Origin: Acidimicrobiales bacterium
Lineage (GTDB): Bacteria > Actinomycetota > Acidimicrobiia > Acidimicrobiales > RAAP-2
Reading direction: 5' to 3'
DNA length: 64,000 nucleotides
Assembly (NCBI GenBank): GCA_035534455.1
Contig: DATLRV010000022.1
Span: forward strand, 12,950 to 76,949
Below the pieces are notes generated by a model, which was not told the DNA's origin, searched no databases, and was given only the letters and a program-made list of their open reading frames with translations. Below are positions 1 to 9,264 of the stretch, in pieces. The position numbers and the translations under genes are program-made. Position 1 is the first letter of the stretch, and the number at the start of each line of letters is the position of its first letter.

Positions 1-72
1 GGGACCGCGCGCGCGGGCTCGACGTGACCCGCGGCGTCGCCCCTGGTGCGTGAGCGCGCGCCGGGCGTGCGT

Positions 73-1437
73 TCAGAACCGGCCGCTCCGCGTGCCGGCC
101 GCACGCGCGGGATCGGCCCATGCCATCTCACGGGTTCCCGGCGCCCGGTTCCGCCACGGCGCGCCGAGGTCGCGCCAAGGCCGCGCTTCGTGGGCGGGGA
201 CGAGCCGGACCCACCCGAGCCGGTTGCGCGCGTCGACACAGAGCGCCCAGCCCTCGACGCCGCGCGCGATGACGTCCGGCGGCAGTCGCCGGCGCAGCAC
301 GGTGCCGTCGGTCGCGGAGACCTGGCGACCGCCGGGGCCGTCGGCGGTACCCACGCTGCGGTTGCGGACTTCTCGGTCCCCGCCCAACGCGGACAGCGCC
401 TCGAGCGTGCGGATGTCCGCGATCCCTCCCAGCACGACGGTTGCGCCGAAGAGCGACACGAAGGCGTCGGCTTCTGGCCCCCAGCGCCCCCGGGCCTGGG
501 ACAGGTCCTGGAGGCACGCGAGCGTTAGGAGTCCCTGGCCCGGACCTTCACTGACCAACGCGGGGAGGTCCGGCAGCGGTGCGATGTTGGCCACCTCGTC
601 GAGGGCGAAGAGGACGGGTGCCGTCTGCCGGGGATCCTGGCGGGCGGCGCGCCGGTAGGTGGCGTCCCGCACCTCGTGGAGGATCGCGACCACGAGCGGC
701 GCGAGGAGCTGCTGCTGGGCCGCGGGGGCGCAGACGAAGAGCGTGTGCGTCCCCGCGCAGAAGGCGTCCGGATCGAGGACGGGAGCCTCGGTCGATGCCA
801 ACGCGCCGGGGGACCGGTAGGCAGCCAGAACTCCCGAAGCCGTCGACCAGATGCCCGACTGCTCCCTCTCGTCGGTGCTCAGGATGCCCGCGAGGAGATC
901 CGTCGGCACGGCGTCGTCACCGAGGCGGGCGACGAGGGTGTCGAGTGCGGGCACGCCGTCGTGACGGTCCACCCAGTGGAGCACCCGGCGCATCGGGACC
1001 CCGTCGAGGGAGGCGGCGTGCAGCAGCGGTGCGAGCAACGCTGCGGCGCGCTCGGTCCAGTGACCGTCCGCGCCGGCACCCACGGCGCCGATGGGACGTC
1101 CTCTCGCGGTCCCCACCATGGCAGCGGCGACGTCGATGGCGCTGTGCCATTGCCTCGCAGCGTGCACCGGCGACCAGCCGACCCGGTGCACGCCTGCCGG
1201 CAGCTCCACCTGGCCAGTCGGATCGAACACGAGGCACCACCCGAGGCCCGCCCGTGCAGAGGCGGTCGCACGCAACACGTCCGGCTTGGTGGACGTCGCC
1301 ACGACGGCGCCGGCCGCGGACAGGACGTTCGGAACGACGAGCGACGAGGTCTTGCCGGCGCGTGAAGGTCCGAGCACGAGCGTCGAACGTTCAGGCCCGG
1401 TCCACGCCCACCCGCGTGCGCCGAGCCCGAGGTACAC
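73..1437 (-). CDS. Type IV secretion coupling protein-like ATPase (TraG/TraD/VirD4 family, T4CP)
   Basis: 454-aa ORF. Walker A GPSRAGKTS near the N-terminus, Walker-B-like VLFALDEVANI, and a TraG/TraD-like overall layout recognised by eye. No N-terminal TM segment seen. Confidence 0.7.
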   Translation of the reverse strand: MYLGLGARGWAWTGPERSTLVLGPSRAGKTSSLVVPNVLSAAGAVVATSTKPDVLRATASARAGLGWCLVFDPTGQVELPAGVHRVGWSPVHAARQWHSAIDVAAAMVGTARGRPIGAVGAGADGHWTERAAALLAPLLHAASLDGVPMRRVLHWVDRHDGVPALDTLVARLGDDAVPTDLLAGILSTDEREQSGIWSTASGVLAAYRSPGALASTEAPVLDPDAFCAGTHTLFVCAPAAQQQLLAPLVVAILHEVRDATYRRAARQDPRQTAPVLFALDEVANIAPLPDLPALVSEGPGQGLLTLACLQDLSQARGRWGPEADAFVSLFGATVVLGGIADIRTLEALSALGGDREVRNRSVGTADGPGGRQVSATDGTVLRRRLPPDVIARGVEGWALCVDARNRLGWVRLVPAHEARPWRDLGAPWRNRAPGTREMAWADPARAAGTRSGRF

Positions 1438-1556
1438 GCCGCGACCGGCCGTGCGCGGCGTGCGTCGCGGCGGTGCAGCCGTTGTCGCGGGACCGCCTCG
1501 GACTTCGCGTTCGGACGCTTCTGGAGACGTCCGCGGGTCAAAGAGCGGCGCAGCGG

Positions 1557-1575
1557 GAGAAATTCTCAGAATTCT
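1557..1575. promoter_or_regulatory. AT-rich double palindrome GAGAAATTCTC-AGAATTCT (candidate operator)
   Basis: Two adjacent AGAA(N0-1)TTCT palindromes stand out in a GC-rich ~660-bp intergenic region, about 120 bp upstream of the T4CP start. Function unproven. Confidence 0.25.
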
Positions 1576-2101
1576 TTCGGAGGAGCCATCGTCGTGACGC
1601 GAGCACCCACCGCGCGCGGACGCGCAGACGTAGGCGCAGTGGTCCGGTGCAGATGCTCAACTGTACCAACACCTTCGCGCTGCGCCGCCACCGCGCGCCG
1701 TGGCGACGCGCAGGTGACGGGCACGCGGCGCGGGCTCTTCGTGCCGTGCGCGCGAGGGTGCGAGAAGGCGCGGATGCTTGACCTGCGCACCGAAAGACAC
1801 GGAGAATGTGTGTAACCCGGCGCGTGGTGGGCGAAAGGACGAAAGTGCGCGCAGGTGACGGTCGGTGCGAGTCGGATCGGATGCATCGCACGGAATGGTC
1901 GCCTCGCACACGAGAACCGCGCTCCACTACAGACCGGGTCCGGAACCGTGCGTCACGCGACGATGAACAAGGAGCGACGGCGAGTGGCGCACATGTCGAC
2001 CATCAACCAAGCGGTGCAGCGATGCGGAGCCGGTCATGAGAATTGACCGGTTGCCGCAGGCTCACCTCGAGTCATCGCTGACCTAATCAGGAGGTGCACC
2101 T

Positions 2102-2674
2102 GTGGCGATTGCCGCAACCAAGAGAGCGCCGGCCAAACGGGCCGCCAAGCGCAGCACGGCCAAACGGGCCACGGCCAAGAAGGCCGTGAAGCGGACCACC
2201 AAGAGGGCGGCCGGTACCCGCAAGACCGCCGCGCGGAAGTCCACGGCCCGAAAGGCCGCCGCTCGCAAGACGACGGCTCGCAAGACGGCGGCTCGCAAGA
2301 CGACGGCTCGCAAGACGGCGGCGAAGCGGACCACCAAACGGGCCGCCGCCAAGCGGACCACCAAGCGAGCGACGGCGAAGCGCGCCCCGGCGAAGCGGAC
2401 TGCGAAGAAGGCGACCGCCAAGCGCGCGACGGCGAAGCGGACGACCAAGAAGGCGATCGCCAAGCGCGCGACGGCGAAGCGGACCGCCAAGAAGGCGACC
2501 GCCAAGCGGACCACCAAGCGGGCGACGGCGAAGCGGGCCACCGCGAAGCGGACCGCCAAGAAGCGGACCGCCAAGAAGGCGACTGCGAGGAAGGCGACCG
2601 CCAAACGGACGACCAAGCGGGCGCCCGCGAGGCGGCGCGTGACGAAGAAGGCCGCGGCGCCGACGACGGCGTGA
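2102..2674 (+). CDS. Histone H1-like Lys/Ala-rich repetitive basic protein
   Basis: 190-aa ORF made almost entirely of AKR/KKA/TTKRA-type repeats. AGGAGG at 2089-2094 lies 7 nt before the GTG start. The long antisense ORFs here are repeat shadows. Confidence 0.7.
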   Translation: MAIAATKRAPAKRAAKRSTAKRATAKKAVKRTTKRAAGTRKTAARKSTARKAAARKTTARKTAARKTTARKTAAKRTTKRAAAKRTTKRATAKRAPAKRTAKKATAKRATAKRTTKKAIAKRATAKRTAKKATAKRTTKRATAKRATAKRTAKKRTAKKATARKATAKRTTKRAPARRRVTKKAAAPTTA

Positions 2675-2804
2675 GCCACCACGCCGCGAGTCGCCGCATC
2701 TCGATGCGTGTGGCCCTCGGCGCATGAGCACTCGGCCGGCCGGGCGCCCGGGGGAACCCCCACGGCGCCCGGCCGCGCCGCGTGGTCTCCACTCCGCGTT
2801 GGAG

Positions 2805-3479
2805 CTACCCGACGCGATGCGAGCCGGGACCTCCCTCGTCGGTGCCCGCGGTGATGCCCCCTGCACCCGGGAGGTCGCTCGGCCAGTCGACGTCGTACGA
2901 AAGGTCCGCATCGCGGCGCACGCGGACCGCGAGACCCAGTCGTCGGCACTCGGCGTGATGACGCGCGAACGAACCCGGCCCGTACGAGAACCGGAACGAC
3001 ACGTCTGCGGGGAGTGCGATGACGTTGGTCCCGTCGTCTCGACGGTCCGGGACGAGGGTGACCCCTCCGTAATCCGCCAGATCGGCGAGGCGCCGGGCCC
3101 GGGGGAGATCAGCGTGGGCGACGACCACCCGCCGCACGCCCATGCCCGCCAGCTGCGCGACCCCCGACTGCACGGCCCCGTTCAGGCCGCGGCCGGGTTC
3201 CCACAAGACGTGCGCGCCGTGGGCACGCGCCCACGCGGCGACCTCCTCGTCGTCGCAGACGACGACGACGGGAAGCGGCGCAGATGCCCGAAGCACCTGC
3301 TCGGCCATCTGGCGGACGAGCGCCCTGCGGTCCTCGTCGCCCAACGCGGCCGTAAGTCGGTGCTTTGCGCTGGCGAAGGACTTCACGGGCACGAGGACCG
3401 CGCCGGGGCCGGCGGCCGGTGTCGTCGACGTGCCGAGAGGCGTTCCAGGAGCGTGACCGACGTCCTCGTCGCCGGTCAC
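2805..3479 (-). CDS. fbiD: F420 biosynthesis guanylyltransferase CofC/FbiD
   Basis: N-terminal AVLVPVKSFASAKHRL motif and GT-A-like layout typical of CofC. Divergent from gpsA, as in mycobacteria. GTG start at 3479. Confidence 0.75.
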   Translation of the reverse strand: MTGDEDVGHAPGTPLGTSTTPAAGPGAVLVPVKSFASAKHRLTAALGDEDRRALVRQMAEQVLRASAPLPVVVVCDDEEVAAWARAHGAHVLWEPGRGLNGAVQSGVAQLAGMGVRRVVVAHADLPRARRLADLADYGGVTLVPDRRDDGTNVIALPADVSFRFSYGPGSFARHHAECRRLGLAVRVRRDADLSYDVDWPSDLPGAGGITAGTDEGGPGSHRVG

Positions 3480-3583
3480 GTCGTCAGTCTACGGCCAGGC
3501 GACCGCGGGAACGCCGGTCGAAGGACCGACGGGTCGCCGCGGGTTCGCACGGCGGTGAGGACCGTCCATAGGCTCGGACGCGC

Positions 3584-4624
3584 GTGACAGCTACCTCGGA
3601 GGACTCCGCGGGCGTCGTGGTCGTGGGCGCCGGGTCGTGGGGGACGACGATCGCGCGCCTGCTTTCGACGAAGGGGCCCGCGACGCTCTGGGCGCGCTCC
3701 GCGGAGCTTGCCGAGCTCCTGACCACGACCCGCGAGAACCCGCGCTACCTTCCGGGCGTCCGGCTCCCCGGCACGCTGCGCGTGACCCCCTCGCTTGCCG
3801 ACGCGGTCGGGGACGCCGCCGTCGTCCTCGTCGCCGTGCCGTCCCACGGGTTCCGTGCGGTGCTCGAGATGATGGCCCCCTCGCTCCCTGCGCACGCCGC
3901 CGTGGTCAGCCTCACCAAGGGCATCGAAGCGGGGACGAACCGGCGGATGTCCGAGATCGTCGCCGAGGTGCTGCCGCACCGTCCGGTGGGGGTGCTCACC
4001 GGCCCCAACCTCTCCCACGAGGTGGCTGCGGGGCAGCCTGCCGCGACGGTCGTCGCCTGCACCGACGCGACGGTCGCCCGTCGGGTCCAACAGGTCCTCC
4101 ACTGCGCGACGTTCCGGGTCTACACGGGCACCGACGTCGTCGGCTGCGAGGTCGCCGGGGCGAGCAAGAACGTGATCGCGATCGCGGCGGGCGTGTGCGA
4201 CGGGCTCGGCTTCGGCGAGAACACCCGTGCCGTGCTCGTGACCCGCGGGCTCGCCGAACAAACGCGGCTCGGCCTCGCGCTCGGTGGCCACGCCCTGACG
4301 TTCGGCGGGCTCGCAGGCGTCGGTGACCTCGTCGCGACCTGCACGAGCGCCCAGAGCCGGAACAGGTCCGTGGGCTTCGAGCTCGGGAGCGGCCGCAAGC
4401 TCTCTGACGTGTTGTCCGGGATGCGCATGGTGGCCGAAGGGGTGCGGACCGCCGCCCCCCTCGTCGGGCTCGCGCAGGCCCACGCCGTCGAGCTGCCCAT
4501 CGCCGCGCAGGTCGCCGCGCTCGTCGCCGGTGACACCTCCCCCGAGGACGCCCTCGCGGCGTTGATGGAGCGGCCGCCGAGGCCCGAGTGGGACGACCCC
4601 CTGCTGCGCGGGGTGCGCGGGTGA
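3584..4624 (+). CDS. gpsA: NAD(P)H-dependent glycerol-3-phosphate dehydrogenase
   Basis: VVVVGAGSWGTTIA Rossmann motif and full-length GpsA-like sequence (346 aa). Confidence 0.9.
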   Translation: MTATSEDSAGVVVVGAGSWGTTIARLLSTKGPATLWARSAELAELLTTTRENPRYLPGVRLPGTLRVTPSLADAVGDAAVVLVAVPSHGFRAVLEMMAPSLPAHAAVVSLTKGIEAGTNRRMSEIVAEVLPHRPVGVLTGPNLSHEVAAGQPAATVVACTDATVARRVQQVLHCATFRVYTGTDVVGCEVAGASKNVIAIAAGVCDGLGFGENTRAVLVTRGLAEQTRLGLALGGHALTFGGLAGVGDLVATCTSAQSRNRSVGFELGSGRKLSDVLSGMRMVAEGVRTAAPLVGLAQAHAVELPIAAQVAALVAGDTSPEDALAALMERPPRPEWDDPLLRGVRG

Positions 4625-5856
4625 GCACCGACGTGGACGCACTGGCCCGCGTTCGCAAGGTGCTCCGTGCGGCGGGCGCCTCGGATGACGACATCGACGA
4701 TGCGGCGGGCCGCGAGAACCTGGACCTCCTCGCGGTCGACGTGCTCACGGTGCCATCGGGCAGGCGGTACACCTCCGTCGAGGTCAGCAACGAGACGGGC
4801 CTGCCGCTCGCGGTACTGAAGCGGATGTGGCGTGCGCTCGGGTTTCTCGAGCCCGATGACGACGACGCCCTGCTCACCGAGCTCGACCTCGGCGCGGCAC
4901 GAGACCTCCGCCAGCTCCTCGACTTGGGGGTGACGGACCCGGACACAGCGCTGCAGCTCGCCCGAGTCCTGGGCTCGTCGATGGCACGGGTCGCCGAGGC
5001 GAGCCTGCTCCGGGGAGCCGATGCCCTCGGCGCGGCCGACGACGACGTTGCCGCTGCGGACGCGTTCGCTGCGGTCGCGGAACAGACGCTCCCGGCGATG
5101 GCACGCTTGCTCGAGTTCGCCTGGCGCAGGCACATGCAGGCCGTTGCGCGCCGCGCCGTCCTGTTGCGCGCGGCCGTGCGGGACGCGGGGTCCGGACCGG
5201 TCGTCGCCGTCGGCTTCGCGGACATGGTGGGGTTCACGCTGCTGAGCCAGCATCTCGGTGGCGACGAGCTCGCCGTCGTCGTCCGCCGCTTCGAGGAGAT
5301 CTCCTACGACGTGGTTGCCGCCCATGGCGGCAGGGTCGTCAAGACCATCGGCGACGAGGTGATGTTCGTGGTGAGCGACTCCGCGGCGGCGGCCCGAATC
5401 GGGCTCGATCTCGCCGCGGCGTATGCGGACGACGACCTCCTCGGCGACGTCCGCGTCGGGCTCGCCGCGGGGCCCGTGCTCGTGCGCGACGGCGACTACT
5501 TCGGTGCGACGGTCAACCTCGCCGCCCGCATCGTCCAGATCGCCGAGCCCGGGACGGTGCTCGTCTCCGACGATCTCCACACGATGCTCGAGGCTTGCGC
5601 CGCCGGTGAGTTCGGAGGGGGGCCGCTCCGCCCCCGGGTCCTGAAGGACGTCGGGAGGGTGCAACTGTGGTCCTGCCGGCGCCGGACGGACGAGAAGGGC
5701 GACACGACCGCACGCGCCGAGGCGAGGCGCGCGCGCAGGGAGCGGCTCGGCCGGGTGCTTCGCGACCTCGGGGAGCTGCGCGCCGCCGGCCAGCGAGCGG
5801 TGACCGGCAACCGACCGGGGGCGTCAGCCCGTAACGACGCCACGACCTCGGCGTGA
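4621..5856 (+). CDS. Class III adenylate/guanylate cyclase with Rv1264-like N-terminal regulatory domain
   Basis: Catalytic core VAVGFADMVGFT...VKTIGDEVMFV...GPVLVRDGDYFGATVNLAARI. The GTG start overlaps the gpsA stop (GTGA at 4621-4624). Confidence 0.8.
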   Translation: MSTDVDALARVRKVLRAAGASDDDIDDAAGRENLDLLAVDVLTVPSGRRYTSVEVSNETGLPLAVLKRMWRALGFLEPDDDDALLTELDLGAARDLRQLLDLGVTDPDTALQLARVLGSSMARVAEASLLRGADALGAADDDVAAADAFAAVAEQTLPAMARLLEFAWRRHMQAVARRAVLLRAAVRDAGSGPVVAVGFADMVGFTLLSQHLGGDELAVVVRRFEEISYDVVAAHGGRVVKTIGDEVMFVVSDSAAAARIGLDLAAAYADDDLLGDVRVGLAAGPVLVRDGDYFGATVNLAARIVQIAEPGTVLVSDDLHTMLEACAAGEFGGGPLRPRVLKDVGRVQLWSCRRRTDEKGDTTARAEARRARRERLGRVLRDLGELRAAGQRAVTGNRPGASARNDATTSA

Positions 5857-5870
5857 CGTGCGGGCGTAGG

Positions 5871-5938
5871 GTTCACGCCGCCCGACCGTTCACGCCGCCC
5901 GACCGTTCACGCCGCCCGGCCTTTCACGTCGCCCGGCC
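5871..5938. repeat. 17-bp tandem repeat x4 (GTTCACGCCGCCCGACC)
   Basis: Units at 5871-5887 and 5888-5904 (identical), 5905-5921 (1 mismatch) and 5922-5938 (3 mismatches). Lies in the convergent gap between the cyclase and the GH38 gene. Confidence 0.9.
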
Positions 5939-5940
5939 CC

Positions 5941-5971
5941 GCCGTCGTCAGATCCTGCCGTCGTCAGATCC
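5941..5971. repeat. 15-bp direct repeat x2 (GCCGTCGTCAGATCC) separated by 1 nt
   Basis: Copies at 5941-5955 and 5957-5971. The second copy contains the GH38 stop codon (5964-5966). Confidence 0.85.
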
Positions 5972-8660
5972 CCGGCATCCGCATCGTCGCGACGCCGTGC
6001 GGACGGAGCTCGAACCCGCCGTCGAACGGCTCGACGGGTGAGCCGAGGAGGTCCACGAGCCATCCGGACTGCTCCCCGACGCGCACGGACGCGGGCGAGC
6101 TCGTCGGGTTGAACACCCGGACTTCGACGACCCCCCCCTCCCGCCGAACGGCGCTGACCTCGGCGCCCCGCACGTCCAGCGCGCCCCCCGAATCCGGGCG
6201 CCAGCCACCGCCGAAGGACACGACCACGTCGAAGGGCTCGAGGACGTCGTCGGCGAGCGCCCACGGATCCACGTCGCCGAGGGCAAGCGCATATCGCAGT
6301 TCGACCGGCCTGCCGAGCAGCTGGAGACCTTCGACCGGCGTGAGCGGCCCAGCGGGGAACGGCCGATAGCTCATCCCGAGCCGGGACAGCATGCCCGTCG
6401 ACCGCAGCACGGTGAGGGCGATGGCGTGGGCACGGGCCTGGTGCCCGTTGCCGGTCACGTCGACGAGCTCGTACTCGGTGACCCCGTCGTGGACGACCGT
6501 GAGCCCGCCGGCTCGGACGAATCTGCGGGAAGGGAACGTGGGAAGTCCGAGCTCGTCGGGGCGACCCTCCGCCTCGAGGCCGCGTTCCACGGTGCCGAAG
6601 GCGCTCTCCGCCTCCGAGCCCGCGGCGGGCTGGGGCAGCGGGAGGTGGACGCGCACCCGGTGGTCGCACGAAGGGTTCACGAAGCGCGTCGTCACCCGCA
6701 GCGCGGCGTCGTCCGCGCGCAGCTCCAGGGTGGTCGTGACCTCGACCTGGCGTGTGCCGACCCTGCGTTGCGACGACGTCTCGGCGTGGTCGGGCCAGCG
6801 ATAGTGCGCGGTTACCGCGACGCGGGCACGGACCGGCCCGCGTTCGAGGACCTCGACGGCCACCTGTTCGGGGCGGTCGACGAGAACGTCGCTCCCCGGG
6901 GGCGAGTAGTTGTAGGAGTCGCCGAGGTCGCCGCCGTCGACGAGGCGCCCGAAACCGGACAGGCCGTCGACCGAGAAGGTGCCGTCGGACGGGTCGACCC
7001 CCACGCTGACGAGCCCGTTGGACACGTAGACGGCTTCGCCCGCGTCCTCGACCCCCACCGGGTGGGCGAGGGCGGCTGGAGCGAACGTGCGCCAGCCGAA
7101 TCCGGGGACCGACGCCACACGGGCGACGACGCGCCGGATCGGGTGCTGGTCGAGTCGGACGCGGACCTGCGCGGTCGGACGGGCGCCGAGGCGCGCCATG
7201 AGGTCCTCCTTCGCTCGTGCGATCGGGAGCTCGGGGCGCTCGTCGGGCCCGATGGCCACGGTCACGTCGATGCCGGACTCGTCCTCGTCGATGGCCACGT
7301 CCTGGACCCAGGCGTCCGTGTCGATCCTCGCGCCGTCGATCATTCCGAGGATCGTGCGGACGGTCTGGGCGTCGAGGGTGAGCGTCCCGGGTAGTCCGGC
7401 CCGCTCTGAGACCAGCTGCACTGCCCCGGCCGAGCCCGTCGGCATGCCGGCCCCCTCGCGCGGGAGCTCGTCGGAGACGACGACCTCGACCAAACCGCTG
7501 CGCTCGCGCGCCGACGGGTTCACCACCACCGGGCCCGGGGCGGCGAGCGACGTGGCCAGCCCGCGGAGTGCTCGGGAGGCGAGCTCCTGGGCGATCGCAC
7601 GGGCGGCGGCGAACCGCTGGAGCACCTCGTCGACGACGTCGTCGACCGAGCATGCGCAGATGGAGTCGTGGGCGGCGTTCCGGACGACCTCCCTCCAGGC
7701 GAGCTCGAGCTGTGGCGCGGGCCACGAGGCTTGAGGGAGGAACAGCGCCGCGTAGGGCTCGGCTCGCCGTTCGAGGGCACGTTCGGTGGCGGCGGCCGCC
7801 CGCTTCACGTCCACTCGGTTCGACGTCACCCCCATGAGCAGGTTGGCGCGGGCCCCGGAGCGGAGCTCGCCCTCCCAGCGCGCGAGGCCGTCCATCGAGG
7901 TCCGTGCGAGGTACTCGGGCAGGGAGGTGATCTCGAAGCGGAGGTCGGCTTGGAGCGCGTTGGCCTCCGCCACGACGCATCCCAACCCTTCCTGGGGTGC
8001 AAGGTGGTCCGACCCGTTCATGAAGAGCAGGTCCGACACGAGGAACGGACCGATCTGCTCGAGGTGGTCGGCGGCGCGCCGGACGAGCGCCTTCGCGTCG
8101 TCGGGCAGCAGCGATCCGTTGCCGTACCCGAACGGGAGGTACTCGGCGCGGACCGACGACCCGTCCGGCGACTCCCAGACGAAGCCGGTCGACGTGATCG
8201 CGGACGGGACGCCGCGCCAGACCACGGCGTGCTCGAAGCCGGCCAGCCCGAGGATCTGGGGCATCTGCGCCACGTGGCCGAACATGTCGGGGAGGTAGCC
8301 CACCCGCATCGCCCCGCCGAAGGCCGCACCCCGCCGCACCCCCATCTGGAGGTTGCGCACGATCGTCTCGGGTGAGACGAGGAACTCGTCCATGAGCGTG
8401 TACCAGGGCCCGACGGCGAGGCGCTCCGCCGCGACGAGATCCCGGATCCGTCCCTCGGCTTCCGGGCGAACCTCCAGGTAGTCGTCGATCGCCGCGAGCT
8501 GACCGTCGAAGAGGAACCGCGTGTACGAGGGGTCGGACTCCATGAGGGAGAGGAGCTGGTCGACCACGTCGACGAGCCGGAGGCGGAAGGACTGGAACGG
8601 CTCGTACCACTCGCGGTCCCAGTGGGTGTGCGGCACGATCGCGACGCGGCGAGGCTCCAT
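5964..8660 (-). CDS. Glycoside hydrolase family 38 (alpha-mannosidase / mannosylglycerate hydrolase-like)
   Basis: N-terminus VAIVPHTHWDREWYEPFQ is the GH38 signature. 898 aa with a GH38-like length and layout. Confidence 0.85.
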   Translation of the reverse strand: MEPRRVAIVPHTHWDREWYEPFQSFRLRLVDVVDQLLSLMESDPSYTRFLFDGQLAAIDDYLEVRPEAEGRIRDLVAAERLAVGPWYTLMDEFLVSPETIVRNLQMGVRRGAAFGGAMRVGYLPDMFGHVAQMPQILGLAGFEHAVVWRGVPSAITSTGFVWESPDGSSVRAEYLPFGYGNGSLLPDDAKALVRRAADHLEQIGPFLVSDLLFMNGSDHLAPQEGLGCVVAEANALQADLRFEITSLPEYLARTSMDGLARWEGELRSGARANLLMGVTSNRVDVKRAAAATERALERRAEPYAALFLPQASWPAPQLELAWREVVRNAAHDSICACSVDDVVDEVLQRFAAARAIAQELASRALRGLATSLAAPGPVVVNPSARERSGLVEVVVSDELPREGAGMPTGSAGAVQLVSERAGLPGTLTLDAQTVRTILGMIDGARIDTDAWVQDVAIDEDESGIDVTVAIGPDERPELPIARAKEDLMARLGARPTAQVRVRLDQHPIRRVVARVASVPGFGWRTFAPAALAHPVGVEDAGEAVYVSNGLVSVGVDPSDGTFSVDGLSGFGRLVDGGDLGDSYNYSPPGSDVLVDRPEQVAVEVLERGPVRARVAVTAHYRWPDHAETSSQRRVGTRQVEVTTTLELRADDAALRVTTRFVNPSCDHRVRVHLPLPQPAAGSEAESAFGTVERGLEAEGRPDELGLPTFPSRRFVRAGGLTVVHDGVTEYELVDVTGNGHQARAHAIALTVLRSTGMLSRLGMSYRPFPAGPLTPVEGLQLLGRPVELRYALALGDVDPWALADDVLEPFDVVVSFGGGWRPDSGGALDVRGAEVSAVRREGGVVEVRVFNPTSSPASVRVGEQSGWLVDLLGSPVEPFDGGFELRPHGVATMRMPGI

Positions 8661-8847
8661 GGAAACCCAGGTTATGGCGGCAGCGGGTCCGCACCCCCCG
8701 CGTTGCGACCGGCCACACCCACGGTGCGCTCCGCGCGGTGGCGGCGTGGCGGGTCCTCCCCTCGGTACGGTGGGCGATCATGAGCTCGAGCGCAAGCGCC
8801 CAAGGAGCTGAGCGTCCGTCCACGGAGTCGGTCATGAGTGCGCGGAC

Positions 8848-9264
8848 ATGAGGGTCGCCTTCGGGACCGACGAGCGGACGCCCGTGACCGAGGTGGTCGT
8901 CGAACGGTTGCGCCGCTCGGGGCATGACGTCGCGGTCGTCGCGGACGGCACCGACTGGCCCGACGCGGGCCGAGCAGTGGGGGAGGCGGTGGTCTCGGGC
9001 CGCGCGGACCGAGGAGTGGTGTGCTGCACGACCGGGACGGGGGTGTCGATCGCGGCGAACAAGGTCCCAGGAGTACGTGCGGCGCTGTGCACGGATGCTG
9101 CCACCGCGGTCGGCGCACGCCGGTGGAACGACGCGAACGTCCTCGCCTTCGGGCTTCGCCTAACGACCGAGGCCGTGGCTGCAGAGATGCTCGATGCCTT
9201 CCTGCACACCGACGCCGACCCCGACGAGGTGCCCACGGTCGCCAAGGTCGAGGCGCACTCGTGA
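8848..9264 (+). CDS. rpiB: Ribose-5-phosphate isomerase B (RpiB/LacA/LacB family)
   Basis: 138 aa. RGVVCCTTGTGVSIAANKVPGVRAA motif typical of RpiB. Confidence 0.85.
   Translation: MRVAFGTDERTPVTEVVVERLRRSGHDVAVVADGTDWPDAGRAVGEAVVSGRADRGVVCCTTGTGVSIAANKVPGVRAALCTDAATAVGARRWNDANVLAFGLRLTTEAVAAEMLDAFLHTDADPDEVPTVAKVEAHS

Noticed and set aside
1438-2101. About 660-bp ORF-poor region searched for a structured ncRNA or riboswitch.
   Set aside because: I could recognise no conserved RNA motif by eye. Only the AT-rich palindrome and the RBS of the histone-like gene are reportable. A covariance-model scan would be needed.
2034-2949. Three long minus-strand ORFs (252-288 aa) with striking repeats (SPSWRSAS, FAVARLAV, LGGPLRRR).
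   Set aside because: They are the antisense frames of the K/A-repeat gene. The plus-strand frame has an AGGAGG RBS and a biologically familiar histone-like composition.
5890-8925. 1011-aa Arg-rich minus-strand ORF overlapping the GH38 gene region.
   Set aside because: It is out of frame with the clear GH38 mannosidase (5964-8660). The composition is extremely Arg/Pro-rich and no motifs are present.
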